A DNA stretch of 64,000 bases, from NCBI GenBank assembly GCA_009914755.4, contig CP086569.2, positions 27,776,001 to 27,840,000 on the forward strand. Direction: 5' to 3'. The stretch is from the human T2T-CHM13v2.0 reference genome, Homo sapiens. The translations under genes were made by a program, and so were the position numbers. Shown one piece after another: positions 28,401 through 40,800 of this stretch. The notes under the pieces were generated by a model that saw nothing but the letters and a program-made list of their open reading frames with translations, was not told where the DNA came from and made no database searches. How positions within the stretch are numbered: the stretch's first letter is position 1; each line of letters begins with the position of its first letter.

Positions 28401-31400
28401 GTGCAATGGAGTGGAGTGGAATGGAATGGAATGGAGTGGAATGCACTGGGATGAATTGGAATGAAATGGATTGGAATCGCATGGAATCAAATAGAATAGA
28501 ATCATATAGAATTGAGTGAAATCGAATGGAAAAAAGAAATCGAAAGAAATTAAAAGGAATGAATCGAATGGAGTTGAATGTCATCCAGTGGAATTGAAAG
28601 GAATGCGGTAAAGTGGAGTGGAGTGGATTTAAATGGAGTGGAATCGAATGGGGAGACATGGAATTGAATAGAGTGGAGTGGAGTGGATTGGACTGGAGTG
28701 GAATGGAATGGAATGGGAAGGAATGGAACTGAACGGAGTGGAGTGGAGTGGAGTGGAATGGAGTAGAATGCAATTGAGTGGAATGGAATCGAATCCCTTG
28801 GAATTGAATCAAATCGAATCGAATGAAATCAGATGGAAAAAATGGAATCAAATCAAATGAATTCGAAAGGCATTGAAAGGAATCGAATTGAATGCGGTGA
28901 GGTGGAGTTGAGTTAAATGAAGTGGAATGGAATGATGTGTAATGGAATTGAATGGAGTGGAGAGGAGTGGAATAAAATGGAATGGAAAGAATGGAAATGA
29001 ACAAATTGGAGTGAAGTGGAATGGAGTGGATTGGAGTGCAGTGAAGCGGAGTGAAGTGCAATGAAGAGGAATGGCGTGGAGAGGAATGGAATGGAATGTT
29101 ATGGAATGTACTGGAATGGAATGGATAAGAATGGAATGGAATGGAATCACATGGAATACAATAGAATTGAATGGAATTCAATAGAATCAAATGGGAAAAA
29201 TGGAGTCGAATGGAATCGAATGGAATTGAATCGAATGGTTTTAAATTGTGGTGAATGGAAACACAAGGAAGGCGATGAAGTGGAGTGGAGTGGAATGGAA
29301 AGGAGTGCCATGGAATGGGGTAAAATTGAATTTAATGCAATGGAGTGGATTGGAGTGGACTGGAGTGGAATGGGAAGGAATGGGAAGGAATGGAATTGAA
29401 AGGAGTCGAGTAGAGTGGAATGGAGTGGAGTGCAGTGGAATGGAGTGGCAAGAAACGGAGTGGAATGGAGTGGATTGAAATGGAGTTGAATGCAGAGGAA
29501 TGGAATGGAATGGAATAGAGTGGACAGGAATGGAGTGGAGTGGGTTGGAATGGAATGGACTGGAGAGGAATGGAAGATAATGGACTGGACTGGACTGGAA
29601 TGTAATGGAATCGCAGGGAATGGAATCCAATCGAATTGAATAGAATCAAATGGAAAAATGGAATCAAATGGAATCGAATGGAATTGGATTGAATGTAAAA
29701 AATGGAATCAAATGTAATGGAATCAAATGGTTTTGAATGGCATCAAATGAAATCGAATGGAATGTAGTGAATTGGAGTGTAGTGGAATGGAGAGGAATGG
29801 ATTGGAATGGAGTTCAATGGAGTGGAGTGGAATGGAGTGGATTAGAGTGGAGTGGAGTGGATAGGATTGGAATGGAATGGAATGGATTGCAGTGGACTGG
29901 TGCAGAGTGGAGTGGACTGGAGTGGAGAGGAATGGAGTGGAGTGGTCGAGTTGAGTGGAATGGAATGATGTGGAGTGGAGTGGAATGCAGTGGAATGCAG
30001 TAGAATGAAGTGGATTGGAATGGAAAGGAATGGCGTGGAATGGAGGGGAAACGAATGGAATGGCGTGGAATGGAGTGGAATGGAATGGAATGGAGTGGAA
30101 TGGAATGGAGTGGAATAGCATGGAATGAAATCAAATCAAATCGAATGCAATGGAAAATTATGAATCAAATGTAATCGAATGGATCCCAAATGAGTGGATT
30201 CGAATGGCATTGCATGGAGTGGAAAGGAATGCGGTGAAGTGGAGTGGAGTGGAATGTATTGGATTGGAATGGGGTGGATTGGAATTCTATGGAGTGGAGT
30301 GGAGTGAAGTGGATTGGAGTGGAATGGAGTGGAATGAACTGGAGTAGAGTGGAATGGATTGGAGTGGAGTGTAGTGGAATGGAGTGGAGTGCTGTGGAGT
30401 GGAGTAGAGTGTGGTGGGGTGGAGTGGATTGGAGTAGAATAGAGTGGAGTGGAGTGTAATGGAATGGAATGGAATCAAATCACATGGTAACGAATCTAAT
30501 CGAATGGAAAAAATGGAATTGAATGCAAACGAATGGAATGGAATTGCACTGATTCTACTGAGTTCGAATAAAATCAAATGAAATGCGGTGAAGTGGAATG
30601 GAGTGGAATGAAATGGGTTGGAAACTAATTCAATGGTGTGGAGAGGAGTGGAGTGTCCTGGAGTGGAATGGAATGGAATGGAATGGGAAGGAGAGGAATT
30701 TTACGGAGTGCAGTGGAATGGAGCAGAATAGAGTGTAATGGAGTGGAGTGGAGTGGAATGTGTTGGAGTGGAGTGCAGTGGACAGGAGTGGAGTGCCGTG
30801 GACTGGAATGGAGTGGAGTGGATTGCAGTGGAAAAGAGTGGAGCGGAGTGGAATGAAATGGAATGTAATGGAATCGCATGGTATTGAATCAAATCCAACT
30901 GAATTAAATCGAATGGAAAAAATGGAATCGAATGCCAACAAATGGAATCGAATCGCGTCGTTTCGACTGACATTGAATAAAATCAAAAGAAATGCGTTGA
31001 AGTGGAGTGGAGTGGAATGAAAGGGGGTGGAATGGAAATGAATGGAGTTGATTGGAGTGGAGTCGACTGAAGTGGAACGGAATGGAATAGGAAGGAATGG
31101 AATTAAATGGAGTGGAGTGCAGTACAGTGAAATGAGGTGGAATCGTATGGAATGGAGTGGAATGGAATTGCATGGAATTGAATCGAATCGAATCTAATGT
31201 ATTTGAAAGGAAAAAAATGGAACTGAATAGAATCGAAAACAATGGATTCGACTGGCATCTAATAGAATGAAATGGAATGCGGTGAGGTGGAGTGGATTTT
31301 AATGGAGTTGAATGGAATGGGGCGTAATTGAATTGAGTGGAGTGGAGTGGAGTGAACTGGAGTGGAATGGAATGGAATGGGCAGGCATGGAATTGAAAGG

Positions 31401-31792
31401 CGTGGAGTGGAGTGGAATTGAGAGGAGTGGAATGGAGTAGGGTGGATTGTAGTGGAGAGTATTGGAAAAGAGTGGAGTGGAATGGAACGGATTGGAGTGG
31501 AGTGGAATTGAATGGAATTGAGTAAACAGGAATGGAATGGAGAGTAATGGAGTGGAGTGGACTGGAGTGGAGTAGATTGCAGTGCATTTTACTGTAGGGG
31601 ATAGAAGTGGCTTGGAGTGCAATGGAGTGGATTGGAATGGAATGGAATGGAGTGGAATGGACTGGAACGGAATGGAATGGATTTAAAAGGCAGGGAATCA
31701 AATCGAATTGAATCATATGGAATCAAGTAGAATCGACTGGAGGAAAGAAATCCAATGAAATCGAATGGAATGAATGGAATGGAGTCGAATGT
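25412..31792. repeat. Array-1 HOR copy (6,381 bp).
   Basis: A at 25412, P at 26953, B at 28582, Q at 30148, next A at 31793. Confidence 0.85.
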
Positions 31793-34665
31793 CAACCATG
31801 GAATCGAAAAGAATGTGGTAAAGTGGAGTGGAGTGGAGTGTTATGGAGTGGAATGGAATGGGGTGACAGGGAATTGAATACAGTGGACAGGAGTGGAGTG
31901 GATTGGGTTAGAGTGGAATGGAATGGAATGGAATGGAATGGAATGGAACGGAATAGAGTGGAATGGAATCGAATCACATGGAACTGAATCAAATCGAATT
32001 GAATGAAATTGAATGGAGAAAATGGAGTCAAATGGAATCAAATCGAATGGATTCGAATGACATTGAATGGAATCGAAAGGAATGCAGTGACGTGGAGTTG
32101 AGTGGAATGGATTGGAATGGGATGAATGGAATTGAAAGGAGTGGAGTGGAATAGAATGGAATGGAAAGGAATTGAATTGAAGAAAATGGAGTGGAGTAGA
32201 ATGGAGTGGATTTGAGTGGAGTGCAGGGGAGTGCAGTGGAATGAAGAGGAGTGTAGTTGAATGGAATGGAATATTATGGAACGTACTGGAATGGAATGGA
32301 TAAGAATGGAATGGAATGGAATCGCATGGAACTGAATAGAATCAAATCGAATTGAATAGAATCAAATGGAAAAAATGGAGTCAAATGGAATCGAATGGCA
32401 TAGAATTGAACGGTTTTGAATGGCAGTGAAAGGAAACGAATGGAATGCGATGAGGTGGAGCGGACTGGATTGGAAAGGAGTGCAATGGAATAGGGCGGAA
32501 CTGAATTTAATGGAGCAGAGTGGATTGGAGTGGACTGGAGTGTAATGGAATGGGAAGGAATGGGATTGAAAGGAGTGGCGTGCAGTGGAGTGGAGTGGCA
32601 TGGAGTGGAGTGGAGTGGAATGGATTGGAATGGAATGGAGTTGAATGGAGTGGATTAGAATGGAATGGAGTGCAGAGGAATGGAATGGAATGGTATAGAG
32701 TGGACAGGAAAGGAGTGCAGTGGATTGGAATGGAATGGAATGGAAAGGAATGGAACTGAATGGACTGGAATGGAATGGAATAGAATGGAATCGCAGGGAA
32801 ACAAATTGGATTGAATCGAATAGAATGGAAAAAATGAAATCAAATGAATTTGAATGGAATCGAATTGAATGTAAAAAATGGAATCCAATGGAATCAAATG
32901 GAATTCAATCAAATGATTTGGAATGGTGTAAAATGAAATCGCATGGAAGGCAGTGAATTGGAGTGGAGTGGAATAGAGAGGAATGAATTGGAATGGAGTG
33001 GAGTGGAATGGAGTGGATTCCAGTGGAGTGGAGTGGATTGGATTGGAATGGAATGGAATAGATTAGATTGGAGTGGTGCAGAGTGGACTGGACTGGAGTG
33101 GAGAGGAATGGAGTGGAGTGAAGTCGAGTTGAGTGGAATGGAATGGAGTGGAGCAGAGTGGAATGCAAAAGAATGAAGTGGATTGGTATGGAATGGAATG
33201 GCGTGGAATGGAGTGGAATAGAATGGAATGGAATCGCATGGAAGGATATCAAATGAAATGGAATCGAACGGAAAATTATGAATCCAATGGAATCGAAAGG
33301 ATTCTAAAGGAATGGATTCGAAAGGCATTGAATGGAATGGAAAGGAATGCAGTGAAGTGGAGTGGAGTGGAGTGGATTGTTTTAGAGTGAAATGGGTTGG
33401 ATTGGAACTCTATGGGGTGGAGTGGAGCGAAGTGGATTGGATTGGAATGGAGTACAATGGACTGGAGTGGAGTCGAATGGATTGGAGTGGAGTGTAGTGG
33501 ATCGGAGTGGAGAGCCGTGGAGTGGACTAGAGTGGGGTAGAGTGGAGTGCATTGGAGTGGAATGGGGTGGAGTGGGGTGGAATGGAATGGAATGACATCA
33601 AATCGCATGGTAATGAATCAAATGGAATCAAATGGAACGGAAATAATGGAATCGAAGACAAACGAATGGAATCGAATTGCACTGATTCTACTGACTTGGA
33701 AGAAAATGAAATGAAATGCGGTGAAGTGGAGTGGAGTGGAATGTATTAGGGTGGAATGGAATTGAATGGTGTGGAGTGGGGTGGAGTGCCCAGGAGTGGA
33801 ATGGGAAGAAATGGGATTGAACGGAGTGGCGTGGAGTGGAATGGAGGGTAATGGAGTGGAATGGAGTGGAGTGGAGTAGAGTGGAATGGGTTGGAGTGGA
33901 ATGCAGAGGACAGGAGTGGAGTGCGGTGGACTGGAGTGGAGTGGAGTTGAGTGGATTGGATTGGATTGAAATAGAACGGAGCAGAGTGGAATGGAATTGA
34001 ATCACATGGTATTGAATCAAATCGAATGGAATTAAATCGAATGAAAAAATGGAATCAAAAGCAAACGAATGGAGTCAAACCACATTGGTTAGACTGACAT
34101 CGAATAATATCAAAAGAAATGTGGTGAAGTGGAGTGGAGTGTAATGAAATGGGGTTGAATGAAATTGAATGTAGTGGAGTGGAGTGGAGTCTACTGGAGT
34201 GGAATGGAATGGAAAGGAAAGGAATGGAATAGAATGGAGTGAAGTGCAGTGCAGTGAAATGGAGTGGAAAGGAATGGAATCGAATGGAATGGAATAGAAT
34301 GGAATGGAATGGAATGGAATGGAATCAAATGGAATCGAAGTGAATTGAATCTAATGAAATTGAACGGAAAAAATGGAATGAGTAGAATCGAAAAAGATGG
34401 ATTCAAATGGCAACAAATAGAATTGAATGGAATGCGGTGAGGTGGAGGGGATTGGAATGGAGTTGAATGGAATGGGGTGTAATTGAATTGAATGGAGTGG
34501 ATTGGATTGCAGTGGACGGGAGTGGAATGGAATGGCATGGGCAGGAATTGAATTGAAATGGTTGAAGTGGAATTGAGTGGTGTGGATCGGAGTAGACTGC
34601 ATTGTAGTGGATTGGAGTGGAAAGAAGTGGAGTGGAATGGAATGGAATGCAATGGAGTGGAGTGG
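31793..34665. repeat. Array-1 terminal partial copy (A head, P marker, then the start of a B head). The A head is diverged and carries a deletion of about 45 bp near 31,905-31,925.
   Basis: A anchor at 31793. The segment 'ggaaagggaaggaatggaactgaatggagtggagtggaatggagtgg', present in other A heads, is missing here. P is at 33284. B-type diagnostic 'gggcaggaat...aaagggttgaagtggaattgagtggtgtggatcggagtagactgcattgtagtgg' lies at about 34,530-34,610. Confidence 0.75.
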
Positions 34666-34720
34666 AAAGGAATGGAATTGAGTGAAGTGGAGTGGAGTGG
34701 AATGGAGAGTAATGGTGTGG
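34640..34720. other. Junction between the two satellite HOR arrays (array-1 B type switching to array-2 type) within a homologous segment.
   Basis: Up to about 34,660 the sequence follows the array-1 B head ('gcaatggagtggagtgg'). From about 34,665 it follows array-2 diagnostics: 'aaggaatggaattgagtgaagtggagtggagtggaatggagagtaatgg', 'gtacgggatagaagtgccttggagtgccatgg', 'ggactggaaaggaatgg' and 'catattgaaacaagttgaatcgtctggagg'. Confidence 0.7.
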
Positions 34721-35090
34721 AGTGGACTTTATTGGAGTAGATAGTAGTGCATTGGACTGTACGGGATAGAAGTGCCTTGGAGTGCCATGGAGTGGAGTGG
34801 AATGGAATGGAATGTAGTGGAATGGACTGGAAAGGAATGGAATGGAATGGATTTAAATGGCAGGGAATCAAATCGGATTGAATCATATTGAAACAAGTTG
34901 AATCGTCTGGAGGAAAGAAATCGAATGAAATCGAATGGAATGAATGGAAGAGAGTGCAACGTTATAGAATGGAATGGAGACAGATGGAATGGAATGCAAC
35001 AGAGAGCAATGGTATAGAATGCAATGGAATCATATGGTAAGGAGTTGAATGGAATGGAATAATATGAAATGGAATGGAATGAAATGGAAT

Positions 35091-37879
35091 GCCCTTGCAT
35101 TAAATGGACTGGAATGGAATGGACTCGAACAGAGTGGAATGGAAAGGATTGAAATAGAATGGAATGTACTCCTTTGGAATGGTCTAATATGGATGCCATC
35201 GACTGGTAGGGAATCAAAAGGAATGTAATCGAATGGATTGGACTGGAATGCAATGGACTCGAAAAGATTGGAAACGGAGTGCAATGGAATGGAATGGAAT
35301 AGTATGGAATGGAAAGGAAAGGAATGGAGTGGAATAGACTAGAGTGGAATGGAATGGACTCAAAAGCAATGGGCTGGAATGGAACGGTCTTGAATGGACT
35401 GAAATCAAAAGGAATGGAATGGAATGCAATGCAATCAAATGGAATGGAATAAAATAGAATGAAAGAGAATCAAACGGAATTGAATCGAACGGAATCGAAT
35501 GGATTGGAAAGGAATAGAATGGAATGGAATGGAATTGACTCAAATGGAATGGAGTAGAATGGAATGGAGTCGAATGGAAGGCAAAGGAATGGAATCTATT
35601 GGAATGGAGTGTAATGGAATGGAATGGAAGGTATTGGAACGGACTCGCATGGAATGGACTGCAATAGAAAGTATTCGAATGGCATGAAAAAGAATTGAAT
35701 GGAATAGAAGAAAATGGAATCAAATCGAATGAAATGGAATGGAATAGAAAGGAATGGAATGAAATGGAATGGAAAGGATTCGAATGGAATGCAATCGAAT
35801 GGAATGCAATCGAATGGAATGCAATCGAATGGAATGGAATCGAACGGAATGGAATAAAATGGAAGCAAACTGGCAAGAAATGGAATCGAAATGAATGGAG
35901 TGTTATGGAACGGACTCAAAAGGAATTGAATGTAATAGAATGGAGTGGAGTGGACTCGAATATAATGGACTGGAATGGAATGGAATCACATGGAATGGGA
36001 ACGAATGGAATGGAATGGAAAGGAATGGAATCGAATGGAAGGGAATGAAATTGAATCAACAGGAATGGAAGGGAATAGAATAGACTTTAATGGAATGGAC
36101 TCTAATAGAAAGGAGACGAATGCTCAAATTGAATGGACTCGAATGGAATGGAAACGAAAGGAATGTCATCGAATGGAATTGAATCGATTGGAATGGAATC
36201 GCATAGAATGGAGAGGAATCAAATGGAATTGAATCGAATGGAAAGGAAGCGAATGGACTGAAATGAAATGGAATGGAATGGAATGGAAAGTAATGCAATG
36301 CAATAGAATGGAACGAAATTTCACGGAATGGAATCAAACAGAATGGAATCAAATCAATGGAATATAATCACATGGAATGGAATGTAATGGAAAGGAATTG
36401 AATGCAATAGATTGGATTGGAAGGGATTGGAATGCAATGGAATGGAAAGGACTCGAATTTCATGAAACGGAATGGAATGAATTGGAATGGAATGGACTCG
36501 AATGGAATGGGATGTCAAGGAATGACATCAAATGGAATGGCATCAAATGGAATGGAATCGAATGCAATGGAATGTTATGGAATGGAATGGAATGTATTGG
36601 AATGGAATGTCCTCTAATGGAATGGATTCGAGTGGAATGGAATCGAATATAATGGATACGAATGAAATGGAATTGAAATGAATGGGATCGAATAGAATGG
36701 AATATAATGGAATGTAAGGTAATGAAGTCGAATGAAATTGACTGGAATGGAATGTACATGAATGGAATGCAATCGAATGGAATAGAATCTAATGCAATAA
36801 AACCGACTCAAATGGAATAGAATGTAATGGAATGGAGTGCAGTGCAATGGAATGGAATGGAATGGAATGGAATGGAATGGAATGGAATGGGATGGGATGG
36901 AATGGGATGGAATGGTATGGAACGGATAATAATGGTCTGGAGTGAAATGGACTGGAAAGGAATGGACTCAAATTGAAAGGGCTCGAAAGGAATGGGGTCA
37001 AATGTAATGGTCTGGAATGGAATGAACTCGAATGTAATGCAATCCAATAGAATGGAATTGAATGGAATGGAATATAAAGAAATGGAATCGAAGAGAATGG
37101 AAACAAATGGAATGGAATTGTATGGAATTGAATCGAATCGAATCGAATGTAATTGAACGGAAAAAATGCAACTGAATAGAATCGAAAACAGTGGATTCGA
37201 CTGGCATCTAATAGAATGAAATGGAATGCGTTGAGGTGGAGTGGATTGTAATGGAGTTGAATGGAATGGGGTGTAATTGAATTGAATGGGGTGGAGTGGA
37301 GTGAACTGGAGTGGAATGGAATGGAATGGGCAGGCATGGAATTGAAAGGCGTGGAGTGGAGTGCAATTGAGAGGAGTGGAATGGAGTAGGGTGGATTGTA
37401 GTGGAGAGTACTGGAAAAGAGTGGAGTGGAACGGAATGGAATGGAGTGGAGTGGAATGGAATGGAATTGAGTGAAGTGGAGTGGAGTGGAATGGAGAGTA
37501 ATGGAGTGGAGTGGACTTGATTGGAGTAGATAGCAGTGCATTGGACTCTACGGGATAGAAGTGGCTTGGAGTGCCATGGAGTGGAGTGGAATGGAATGGA
37601 ATGGAGTGGAATGGACTGGAAAGGAATGGAATGGAATGGATTTAAATGGCAGGGAATCAAATCGAATTGAATCATATTGGAACAAGTTGAATCGACTGGA
37701 GGAAAGAAATCGAATGAAATCGAATGGAATGAATGGAAGAGAGTGCAATGTTATAGAATGGAATGGAGACAGATGGAATGGAATGGAACAGAGAGCAATG
37801 GTATAGAATGCAATGGAATCCTATGGAATGGAATTGAATGGAATGTAATAATATGAAATGGAATGGAATAGAATGAAAC
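35091..37879. repeat. Array-2 HOR copy 1 (2,789 bp). This is the most diverged copy and lies at the array edge.
   Basis: Anchor spacing. It has unique variants such as a triplicated 15-mer at 35785-35829 and a divergent 36,600-36,800 segment. Confidence 0.8.
35785..35829. repeat. Three tandem copies of the 15-mer 'ggaatgcaatcgaat', private to the edge HOR copy.
   Basis: Direct reading. ORF 35695..36048 reads 'EWNAIEWNAIEWNAIEWNG'. Other HOR copies have the 15-mer only once, for example 'EWNAIEWNGIERNG' in ORF 38484..38807. Confidence 0.8.
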
Positions 37880-40800
37880 GCCCTTGCATTAAATGGACTG
37901 GAATGGAATGGACTCGAACAGAGTGGAATGGAAAGCATTGAAATAGAATGGAATGGACTCCTTTGGAATGGTCTAGTATGGATGCAATCAACAGGCAGGG
38001 AATCAAAAGGAATATAATCGAATGGATTGGACTGGAATACAATGGACTCGAATAGATTGGAAACGGAATGCAATGGAATGGAATGGAATAGTATGGAATG
38101 GAATGGAATGGAATGGAGTGGAATAGACTAGAGTGGAATGGAATGGACTCGAAAGTAATGGACTGGAATGGAACGGTCTTGAATGGACTGGAATCAAACG
38201 GAATGGAATGGAATGCAATGCAATCAAATGGAATGGAATAAAATAGAATGAAAGAGAATCAAATGGAATTGAATGGAATGGAATCGAATGGATTGGAAAG
38301 GAATAGAATGGAATGGAATGGAATTGACTCAAATGGAATGGACTAGAATGGAATGGAGTCGAATGGAAGGCAAAGGAATGGAATCTATTGGAATGGACTG
38401 TAATGGAATGGAATGGAAGGGATTGGAATGGACTCGAATGGAATGGACTGCAATAGAAAGGATTCGAATGGAATGAAAAAGAATTGAATGGAATAGAACA
38501 GAATGGAATCAAATCGAATGAAATGGAATGGAATAGAAAGGAATGGAATGAAATGGAATGGAAAGGATTCGAATGGAATGCAATCGAATGGAATGGAATC
38601 GAACGGAATGGAATAAAATGGAGGCAAACTGGCAAGAAATGGAATCGAAATGAATGGAGTGTTATGGAACGGACTCCAAAGGAATTGAATGTAATAGAAT
38701 GGAGTGGAGTGGACTCGAATATAATGGACTGGAATGGAATGGAATCACATGGAATGGGAACGAATGGAATGGAATGGAAAGGAATGGAATCGAATGGAAG
38801 GGAATGAAATTGAATCAACAGGAATGGAAGGGAATAGAATAGACTGTAATGGAATGGACTCGAATAGAAAGGACACGAATGCTCAAATTGAATGGACTCG
38901 AATGGAATAGAAACGAAAGGAATGTCATCGTATGGAAATGAATCGATTGGAATGGAATCGCATAGAATGGAGAGGAATGAAATGGAATTGAATCGAATGG
39001 AAAGGAACCGAATGGACTGAAATGAAATGGAATGGAATTGAATGGAAAGTAATGCAATGCAATAGAATGGAACGAAATTTCACCGAATGGAATGAAACAG
39101 AATGCAATCAAATCAATGGAATATAATGAAATGGAATGGAATGGAATGGAAAGGAATTGAATGGAATAGATTGGATTGGAAGGGATTGGAATGCAATGGA
39201 ATGGAAAGGACTCGAATTTCATGAAACGGAATGGAATGAATTGGAATGGAATGGACTCGAATGGAATGGAATGTCATGGAATGGCATCAAATGCAATGGC
39301 ATCAAATGGAATGGAATCGAATGCAATGTAATGTTATGGAATGGAATGGAATGTATTGGAATGGAATGTCCTCTAATGGAATGGATTCGAGTGGAATGGA
39401 ATCGAATATAATGGAGTCGAATGAAATGGAATTGAAATGAATGGGATCGAATAGAATGGAATATACTGGAATGTAATGTAATGAAGTCGAATGTAATTGA
39501 CTGGAATGGAATGTACATGAATGGAATGCCATCGAATGGAACAGAATCTAATGTAATAAAACCGACTCAAATGGAATAGAATGTAATGGAATGGAGTGCA
39601 GTGCAATGCAATGGAATGTTATGGAATGGAATGGAATGTATTGGAATGGAATGTCCTCTAATGGAATGGATTCGAGTGGAATGGAATTGAATACAATGGA
39701 GTCGAATGAAATGGAATTGAAAGGAATGGGATCGAATAGAATGGAATATACTGGAATGTAATGTAATGAAGTCGAATGTAATTGACTGGAATGGAATGTA
39801 CATGAATGGAATGCAATCGAATGGAATAGAATCTAATGCAATAAAACCGACTCAAATGGAATAGAATGTAATGGAATGGAGTGCAGTGCAATGGAATGGA
39901 ATGGAATGGAATGGAATGGAGTGGAATGGAATGGGATGGAATGGGATGGAATGGTATGGAACGGATAATAATGGTCTGGAGTGAAATGGACTGGAAAGGA
40001 ATGGACTCAAATTGAAAGGGCTCGAAAGGAATGGGGTCAAATGTAATGGTCTGCAATGGAATGAACTCGAATGTAATGCAATCCAATAGAATGGAATCGA
40101 ATGGAATGGAATATAAAGAAATGGAATCGAAGAGAATGGAAACAAATGGAATGGAATTGTATGGAATTGAATCGAATCGAATCGAATGTAATTGAACGGA
40201 AAAAATGCAACTGAATAGAATCGAAAACAATGGATTCGACTGGCATCTAATAGAATGAAATGGAATGCGTTGAGGTGGAGTGGATTGTAATGGAGTTGAA
40301 TGGAATGGGGTGTAATTGAATTGAATGGGGTGGAGTGGAGTGAACTGGAGTGGAATGGAATGGAATGGGCAGGCATGGAATTGAAAGGCGTGGAGTGGAG
40401 TGGAATTGAGAGGAGTGGAATGGAGTAGGGTGGATTGTAGTGGAGAGTATTGGAAAAGAGTGGAGTGGAACGGAATGGAATGGAGTGGAGTGGAATGGAA
40501 TGGAATTGAGTGAAGTGGAGTGGAGTGGAATGGAGAGTAATAGAGTGGAGTGGACTTGATTGGAGTAGATAGCAGTGCATTGGACTGTACGGGATAGAAG
40601 TGGCTTGGAGTGCCATGGAGTGGAGTGGAATGGAATGGAATGGAGTGGAATGGACTGGAAAGGAATGGAATGGAATGGATTTAAATGGCAGGGAATCAAA
40701 TCGAATTGAATCATATTGGAACAAGTTGAATCGACTGGAGGAAAGAAATCGAATGAAATCGAATGGAATGAATGGAAGAGAGTGCAATGTTGTAGAATGG

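Larger units (their letters stand above)
1..34665. repeat. Satellite array 1: HSat3-like pentameric (GGAAT/GGAGT)n satellite with the G-rich strand on +. It is organised as a ~6.35-kb HOR made of two diverged ~3.17-kb half-units.
   Basis: The sequence is dominated by ggaat/ggagt pentamers with almost no C. The head marker 'gtcaaccatgg' recurs at 254, 3462, 6350, 12691, 19044, 25412 and 31793. The variant head 'gtcatccagtgg' recurs at 9494, 15855, 22218 and 28582. Internal marker P ('attatgaatccaatgg') lies at 1784, 7866, 14232, 20586, 26953 and 33284. Internal marker Q ('tatgaatcaaatggaatcgaatggattcc') lies at 4711, 11051, 17410, 23771 and 30148. The A/B and P/Q markers alternate. Confidence 0.9.

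Noticed and set aside
6350-31792. Interpreting array 1 as a simple 3.17-kb monomeric HOR.
   Set aside because: The head (A/B) and internal (P/Q) markers alternate with consistent diagnostic differences across all four full copies, so the repeating unit is the 6.35-kb dimer.
34640-34720. Array junction as a transposable-element or foreign insertion site.
   Set aside because: There are no non-satellite bases, no TSD, and no poly-A or LTR/TIR signatures. The switch occurs in register inside a block homologous between the two unit types.
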